Assembly (NCBI GenBank): GCA_016840425.1
Contig: JAEOSI010000098.1
Coordinates: 1 to 7,814, forward strand
Source of the DNA: Candidatus Wukongarchaeum yapensis
GTDB lineage: Archaea > Asgardarchaeota > Wukongarchaeia > Wukongarchaeales > Wukongarchaeaceae
Reading direction: 5' to 3'
Length of the DNA: 7,814 bases
Shown: positions 1 through 4,793 of the stretch, piece after piece
Numbering within the stretch: the first letter of the stretch is position 1
Layout of the letters: the number at the start of each line of letters is the position of its first letter
Made by a program: the position numbers and the translations under genes
The notes under the pieces: generated by a model
The model's database searches: none
The model's input: only the letters and a program-made list of their open reading frames with translations
What the model was told of the DNA's origin: nothing

Positions 1-157
1 CCATCTCGACTTTCACAGGGTTTACACGAATCTTCACGCTACGAACAATTCCTATCCGTCGCGCAGAACCATCGATCACCTCTTTTCCCACAAACCTACC
101 AGGAATACTAAGCTCATACAACTCCGCTTCAATACTGTTGTTAACAGAGTTTACCAT
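1..157 (-). CDS. PRC-barrel domain protein, N-terminal 52 codons (runs off the left edge)
   Basis: Manual translation from ATG at 157 gives MVNSVNNSIEAELYELSIPGRFVGKEVIDGSARRIGIVRSVKIRVNPVKVEM..., with no stop before the edge. It fits the PRC-barrel pattern GKxVxDxxGxxIGxVxxV. An SD-like AGGTGGTG lies just upstream on the minus strand. Not in the ORF track. Confidence 0.8.
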   Translation of the reverse strand, partial: MVNSVNNSIEAELYELSIPGRFVGKEVIDGSARRIGIVRSVKIRVNPVKVEM

Positions 158-571
158 AACTACCAAACACCACCTAACAAACCAAACTCCAAAAACAGTC
201 AACCAAAGATTCCCCACTCCCACATTTAACACCAGATGTGACGACAATAACATAACATACCAAATATGATCTTTATGAGTTTAGTCAGGGAAACATTGAA
301 TACTTCAAAACATATAATTTAACACATTAAAAATTGATGGTAAAAGCTTTTAAAAGATTAAAAATTATTAATACCTAGAAACTCTAAAGTAACTTACTGA
401 GAAAAAGAAACCTTCTCCTTCTGAAATTATGACATTGATTCCAAAATTCAATCCTTTACAATCTCAAAACAGGGGAAAACTCGTTTTTAACGGGAAAGTC
501 ATTTTAATCTAATAAAATCCTTTGAAAACGTAAGATTAAGAATAAATAATAATTTGAAAAGAGGTGAGAAA

Positions 572-886
572 ATGTTTGAATTTGAAAAAAATGATGTAAA
601 AACAGCAAGAAAATGGTTTGAGATGGGATGTAAGGCAGAAAACCCCCAAGAAAAGTTAGAATATTACTCGAAAACCCTCAAAATAAATCCAAACCACATA
701 TCTGCGTGGAACAATAAGGGGGTTGCTCTTCGTTTATTGGGCAAGTTTGAGAAAGCAATCGAATGTTTTGATAAAGCCCTCAAAATAGATCCAAAAGACA
801 AGCTTGCATTGAAGAATAGAGAAATTGTAATGGATAAAATTGTGGAATGGAAAATACCAGACAATAAGACAAATCCTCCTTCATGA
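572..886 (+). CDS. Small tetratricopeptide-repeat (TPR) protein, 104 aa
   Basis: TPR consensus in AWNNKGVALRLLGKFEKAIECFDKALKIDP, preceded by a partial repeat (EYYSKTLKINP). The start is moved from the track's TTG 554 to ATG 572 because the SD GAGGTGA is at 561-567. Confidence 0.88.
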   Translation: MFEFEKNDVKTARKWFEMGCKAENPQEKLEYYSKTLKINPNHISAWNNKGVALRLLGKFEKAIECFDKALKIDPKDKLALKNREIVMDKIVEWKIPDNKTNPPS

Positions 887-922
887 GAAACTTCTGCTTC
901 ATGGCTTCTAATGACACTATTT

Positions 923-1198
923 TCACTTAAATTCGAGGATTTGAAAACCACATTTTAAACACTTACCCCCATTCTCATAAAGACACTTATGACAAAAAGA
1001 CGACAAACACTTTGGACAAGAAATCATCTGATAACGAGCCTGTATATGAATACAAACCCGTGGTTTCTCAGAATCTAATCTTTCAGAGTTAATAGTTTCT
1101 TTAACACGGCTTTTCCAAGAGTTCAAAAGCAGAAAAAGAATCCCCACAACAAGTAAAATCGCGCAAACAAAAATCAAAAACAATAAAACACTAACCAT
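923..1198 (-). CDS. Single-pass membrane protein with C-terminal Cys/His zinc-binding domain (RING/B-box-like), 91 aa
   Basis: Hydrophobic residues ~3-25, then a basic KSRVK patch, then C49-x-H51-x9-C61-x2-C64-x4-C69-x2-C72-x7-C80-x2-C83. A purine-rich AAGGATGG precedes the ATG. Confidence 0.75.
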   Translation of the reverse strand: MVSVLLFLIFVCAILLVVGILFLLLNSWKSRVKETINSERLDSEKPRVCIHIQARYQMISCPKCLSSFCHKCLYENGGKCLKCGFQILEFK

Positions 1199-1299
1199 AA
1201 AACCATCCTTACGCCGTTTTTTGCTTTTTCCCCATACAGCTAAGTTTCTCCATTATATTCTTACAAACCTTAATATTTCCAAATGTTCGATATTGTTTT

Positions 1300-1860
1300 T
1301 TAAGCTTTAATAACTATAGTTTCTGCAAAAAGATCCCTTATTCTCTGGTTTAAGCCGGAATCAGCAATAGACATCAGTCCTACAATATAGTAAAATGGAA
1401 GTCCATCAATTATCCTGGCAAGATTCCGAACCACTGAAGCCCTCACCGTGCAACTTGATATTGCTCCGCTCGTTTTATCAATTTTCGCTACACGTATACC
1501 TACAACCATTTTTCCCAGTGTTTGCCCATCATTTATACCTTCCAGGAAAAACCAATAGAAGAAACCAAAAAGGCCAAAAAAGAAAAAAATCGAGGAAAAT
1601 TCAAAAAACAAGCTAAAAGCCAGAAAAAAGGCAAAATAAAGCGGATTAGTCATCACCGAGATAAAGCTGAAAAATCCAAGGAAACTAATCAAATCACCAT
1701 ACCGATTCCAAATCCCTGCATCTAAAAGGAGTAACAGGAACAAAAAAAGTATGAAATCAATTAATATGGCAAAGATTCTGCTACCTAACGAGGTCAGTTT
1801 AACACCTGGAGGTAAATAATGCGTTGAAGGGGAACTTTCTCCATATTTTGTGCGTTCCAT
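1300..1860 (-). CDS. RDD-family membrane protein
   Basis: Hallmark motifs SLGSRIFAILID, GQTLGKMVVGIRV, RASVVRNLARIID and QRIRDLFAETIVIK, with intervening Phe-rich hydrophobic segments. Confidence 0.9.
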   Translation of the reverse strand: MERTKYGESSPSTHYLPPGVKLTSLGSRIFAILIDFILFLFLLLLLDAGIWNRYGDLISFLGFFSFISVMTNPLYFAFFLAFSLFFEFSSIFFFFGLFGFFYWFFLEGINDGQTLGKMVVGIRVAKIDKTSGAISSCTVRASVVRNLARIIDGLPFYYIVGLMSIADSGLNQRIRDLFAETIVIKA

Positions 1861-2120
1861 CCAAAAACTTCCCTTAATTTAATCAAATAGTTTCTCACTC
1901 CAAGTAAAGCTTCCCATTCCTATCCAAACGTCTATTTTAAACGTTATACTTAAAAATTTAAACATTTTCTCTATTGGGAACTGTTATTTGCTAATATACT
2001 ATCTCAGACTATGTGAAAGTAACCTACTTGCTTAATAAAATTTAAGCATATTAGCTGGGAAAAAAAACGAAAAGCAAAAATTTTAAACCATCATTACTGA
2101 ACCATTTTGTGGATTGGCAG

Positions 2121-2380
2121 GGGTAGTTTTTTTTTCTTTGTTTTGTTTTTTTCTTTTTCTTCTTTTTCCGCTGTGTTTTTTCGTTTTTCTGCGTGGAAAA
2201 CGGGTTTTTGATTTTTGCATCTTTCTTATAATGTGTTTATTTTTGTTTTTATTTTTGGGGGGTGTTTTCGTTTTTCATGGTTTTTTGCGGGTGAATCATG
2301 GTTTTCTCTTTTTTCTTGTTTTTTTGTTTTTTTCTGTTCTCTTTTTTTCTGTTTGGAAAACGGGTTGTTTTTCGTTTTTA
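2121..2380. repeat. Strand-asymmetric T-rich low-complexity tract with internal direct repeats
   Basis: Hand count of 162/260 T and 21/260 A on the + strand. TGGAAAACGGGTT occurs at 2194-2206 and 2354-2366; TTTTCGTTTTT at 2178-2188, 2265-2275 and 2369-2379. Confidence 0.8.
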
Positions 2381-2387
2381 AGCCTAA

Positions 2388-3125
2388 TATATCCACTTAT
2401 ATCCACTTTTATCGGAATATTATGTTTTCATAACGGTGGAGATTTCTTGTCCGAGCGAAGATTTATCGAACGCCAACGAAAAAGGTTTGTTGGGCTTAGA
2501 CGTTAACACGAAAGGCATTGGGGCAGCAATAGTTCTTCCCAACGGTAACTTAAGAGCGCACAGATGGTTTCCATACAACGAACTTCTATATGCAAGAAGG
2601 GAAAAACACTCCCACTTGATAGGAAACTTGGTGGTTAAGGTTTTCAGATGGGCTAAACGATTCGGCGTGAACACTGTTGTTTCTGAGAGTTTGAATAGGT
2701 TCAAAAAAGATCACGATACTAACTCGAAGTACAACCGTGCCACACACAACTTCTGTAAGGATAAGCTACTTAGAACCATTAAGAGCAGAGCAGTAAAAGA
2801 GAGCTTTGTTCAAATAGAAGTTTTCCCCGCCTACAGCTCAATAATCGGAGCGATAAAATATCAAAAAATGTACGGCTTGAGCGCTCATGAAGCTGCTGCT
2901 TTTGTTATCGGGAGAAGAGGATTAGGATACAACAAGGAAAACATCCCGAAAGAGTTTTCCCAGAGCTTAAAGCCGAAGGGGCGTCGCCGATGGAAAGATG
3001 ACGCTGATCCTTTGGCGAGCATCTGCCGCCTCTGGGGCGGTTTATGGAAAGATGTTTCGAAGATAAAAGACAACCTTCTTCGAAACAACAAGGGAGGTAC
3101 CTGTAAACTTTCGCGGGTTCTTTAG
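2388..3125 (+). pseudogene. tnpB: 5'-truncated IS200/IS605-family accessory TnpB-related gene (RuvC lobe only; Zn-finger-less subtype)
   Basis: RuvC-I GLLGLDVN (Asp codon 2499-2501), RuvC-II VVSESL, then VFPAYSSIIG..KY and SAHEAAAFVIGRRGLG, typical of this subtype. The frame is open from 2388 (after TAA 2385-2387) and includes EYYVFITVE, the strand that normally precedes RuvC-I. There is no SD before GTG 2436, no N-terminal lobe and no tnpA in the window. Confidence 0.8.
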
Positions 3126-3180
3126 GCATCTCCTACTTAAAACTAGTGGCGCTAACAGCGCGCTTCAACCCGCTCTCTAC
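3089..3180 (+). ncRNA. Putative omega-RNA/reRNA scaffold and element right end overlapping the tnpB 3' end
   Basis: Nested complementarity: AGGGAG 3091-3096 with CTCTCT 3173-3178 (one G-U); GCGGGTT 3113-3119 with AACCCGC 3167-3173; TAGG 3123-3126 with CCTA 3132-3135; GCGCT 3149-3153 with AGCGC 3157-3161. The position matches where TnpB guide RNAs are encoded. Boundaries are approximate. Confidence 0.55.
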
Positions 3181-3189
3181 TACATAAAG

Positions 3190-3429
3190 ATGAAAGGAGG
3201 AGAGACGGAAGTAGAGGATATAACCGAACCGTTGTCGGGGTTCCGATCCTACCTCGACGACTTAGCCCGTTCGGTCCTCGAAAACGCTGAAGAACTACGT
3301 GAGAGTCGTAGCACTAGGCGCAAACAGCCTCTATACGTCGTAGACTTTATAAACAATGGAGGACTATCTGCCTTCAAAAGCCTACGATCTGAAGAAAATA
3401 CCCTCAAAGGATCAAAGACTCTAAAATAG
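3190..3429 (+). CDS. Hypothetical protein, 79 aa (possibly a fragment or non-coding)
   Basis: Open frame with a plausible charged helical composition. No recognisable motif and no SD upstream of the ATG. Confidence 0.3.
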   Translation: MKGGETEVEDITEPLSGFRSYLDDLARSVLENAEELRESRSTRRKQPLYVVDFINNGGLSAFKSLRSEENTLKGSKTLK

Positions 3430-3438
3430 CTTATAGAG
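3423..3438 (+). promoter_or_regulatory. Candidate BRE/TATA promoter for the tRNA
   Basis: A-rich AAAATAGC followed by TTATAG (3431-3436), about 26-31 nt upstream of the mature tRNA 5' end. Confidence 0.4.
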
Positions 3439-3485
3439 GCTTCTGGGGGCGTTTTCCAGAGGCGGGGGTAGCCAAGTCAGGTCAA

Positions 3486-3523
3486 TAGCTTACGAGGAAA
3501 AAGATGGGTCAGAAGCTGGCTTA
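3486..3523 (+). other. tRNA intron 1, 38 nt, at D-loop position 21/22
   Basis: Relaxed BHB: central helix GGTC 3480-3483 with GGCT 3518-3521, bulges AAT 3484-3486 and TAA 3522-3524, intron stem AGCTT 3487-3491 with AAGCT 3513-3517. Cutting after the second bulge nucleotide restores the canonical GGTCAAAGGC. Confidence 0.88.
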
Positions 3524-3553
3524 AGGCGCCAGACTCAAGATCTGGTCGCGTAG

Positions 3554-3581
3554 ACGTTTCTTTTATAGAAAGGCGGCGTAA
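3554..3581 (+). other. tRNA intron 2, 28 nt, in the variable-arm loop
   Basis: Relaxed BHB: central helix GCGT 3548-3551 with GCGT 3576-3579 (two G-U pairs), bulges AGA 3552-3554 and AAG 3580-3582, intron stem including TTTCT/AGAAA. Cutting after the second bulge nucleotide restores CGC-GTAG-GCG. Confidence 0.85.
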
Positions 3582-3644
3582 GCGTTCGTGGGTTCGAATC
3601 CCACCCCCCGCACTATATTGTAGCTAATGTCTGCAAATTTGGTC

Positions 3645-3705
3645 TATTTTTGTGTTTTCTTAGGGTTGGTACAAGATATTTTTTATCTTTTTTTTTAAAA
3701 AGATA
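3645..3705 (+). terminator. T-rich archaeal-type terminator region downstream of the tRNA
   Basis: T-tracts at 3647-3660 and 3679-3696. Inverted repeat TATCTTTTT 3684-3692 with AAAAAGATA 3697-3705. Confidence 0.4.
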
Positions 3706-3807
3706 TGAAGACATGGAAAACTGTTGAGAATCTTTGAAAACTAAACAGGTTTTACAATATCTTTAAATCATAATTTGAATTAAAAATCACTTAGATAGGT
3801 CTTTAAA

Positions 3808-4512
3808 ATGGGCGAAATGGAGTTTGATGCAGAAGTAAAAGAAATTATTAAGCGAACTTATAATGTTAAGAGTTTTAGGTTTGAAAAACCGAGAAATCTT
3901 TCTTATAAACCAGGGCAGTTTATGTTTATCACTGTCAAAATCGATGGCCAAGAAAGGCAGAAACATTTCACTATATCAAGTAGTCCTACTGAGGATTTTT
4001 TAGAGTTCACAAAGAAACTTACAGGGCATGAATTTTCTAATGCTTTAGATGCTTTAAAGGAGGGCGTCTGGGTTAGAATAAGGGCTCCTTATGGCTTTTT
4101 TAGTTTTGAAGGCGAACATGATAAGGTGGGTATGCTAACTGGAGGGATAGGGGTAACTCCTTTGAGGAGTATGTGTAAATACGTTACCGATAGCAAATTA
4201 AGCACTAGGATAACTTTGCTTTACAGCAACAGGACAGGGCAAGACATAGTTTTTAAAGATCAGTTTGATGAGATGCAGAAACAAAATAGGAACCTTAAGG
4301 TCGTCTATACACTAACTCGTCCAAGCGAAGAATGGGAAGGTTATACCGGGCGCGTCAATAAAGGTATGGTGGAAAAAGAGATCCCTGATTACAAAGATCG
4401 AGTTTTCTACACCTCTGGTCCTCCAAAACTGGTTGAATCTATGGAAAATCTATTAAAAGAACTTGAAGTTCCCAAAGATCAAATAAAAAAAGAGAACTTT
4501 CCGGGTTATTGA
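3808..4512 (+). CDS. FAD/NAD(P)-binding oxidoreductase, ferredoxin-NADP+ reductase (FNR)-like, stand-alone
   Basis: YKPGQF, KHFTISSSP (RxYS equivalent), GxFSxAL, APYGFF, GGIGVTP, LLYSNR, FYTSGPP and a C-terminal ENFPGY. No fused Fe-S domain. Confidence 0.93.
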   Translation: MGEMEFDAEVKEIIKRTYNVKSFRFEKPRNLSYKPGQFMFITVKIDGQERQKHFTISSSPTEDFLEFTKKLTGHEFSNALDALKEGVWVRIRAPYGFFSFEGEHDKVGMLTGGIGVTPLRSMCKYVTDSKLSTRITLLYSNRTGQDIVFKDQFDEMQKQNRNLKVVYTLTRPSEEWEGYTGRVNKGMVEKEIPDYKDRVFYTSGPPKLVESMENLLKELEVPKDQIKKENFPGY

Positions 4513-4793
4513 ACTAAGTATAGGGTATGCGTTTTGAATAGCTCTATGTCTTGGCTTTCACTTTTGGCTAAGGTTTAAGCATTGGTTTATAAGCTAATGA
4601 TATCAATACGTGTAGAGGGGGTTGAAGTAAAATAAATGTTGGCTAGAAGGCCCCGGATTTTATTCTACCTGATACTTGAGTTAAAACCTTGAAATTTGAG
4701 AAAAGAAAAGGATCTTTAGTTTCTCAACTGTGTAAAGAGATCAGGTCAAGTTTGAAAAGTCTTGTCTCAAAGGATTTTTTATTTTTTTTATGA

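Larger units (their letters stand above)
3462..3612 (+). tRNA. tRNA-Leu(CAA) with two introns; exons 3462-3485, 3524-3553, 3582-3612
   Basis: The spliced product GCGGGGG TA GCCAAGTCAGGTCAAAGGC G CCAGA CTCAAGA TCTGG TCGCGTAGGCGTTC GTGGG TTCGAAT CCCAC CCCCCGC A (85 nt) folds as a class II tRNA. It has a 7-bp acceptor stem, anticodon CAA at 3536-3538, a CGC/GCG variable arm and discriminator A. CCA is not encoded (CTA follows). Confidence 0.96.

Noticed and set aside
664-951. 95-aa minus-strand ORF
   Set aside because: Antisense shadow of the well-supported TPR gene.
1395-1725. Two plus-strand Lys-rich ORFs (1395-1616, 1522-1725)
   Set aside because: Antisense shadows of the Phe-rich RDD gene; poly-T codons read as poly-Lys on the other strand.
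2083-2220. 45-aa Lys/Arg-rich minus-strand ORF (MQKSKTRFPRRKTKKHSGKRRKRKK...)
   Set aside because: It is the expected A-rich shadow of the T tract, with no convincing SD and no recognisable ribosomal or chromatin protein motif.
2389-2408. ATATCCACTT repeats as DnaA boxes
   Set aside because: They mismatch TTATCCACA, there are only two copies, and the context is archaeal.
2114-2506. 130-aa Phe-rich ORF (and overlapping 2215-2433) that looks like a membrane protein
   Set aside because: The Phe/Leu/Val richness and lack of stops follow directly from the 62% T, 8% A composition. There is no family motif or good SD, and it overlaps the tnpB frame.
2420-3129. Minus-strand ORFs 2420-2704, 2885-3091 and 2905-3129 as a possible tnpA
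   Set aside because: No HUH/Y1 or serine-recombinase motifs; they are antisense to the tnpB frame.
3486-3523. Intron 1 as a box C/D guide RNA
   Set aside because: No CTGA (box D) or RTGATGA (box C) in the 38-nt intron.
3580-3612. tRNA 3' end as an attachment site for an integrated element
   Set aside because: I found no duplicated tRNA 3' segment and no integrase in the window, and the downstream genes look like ordinary chromosomal genes.
4513-4793. Small ORFs or an ncRNA in the convergent gap, including an imperfect hairpin TTGAGAAA 4696-4703 / TTTCTCAA 4720-4727
   Set aside because: The ORFs are under 20 codons without support. The hairpin is AT-rich and, with the T-run at about 4775-4789, is adequately explained as a termination region.
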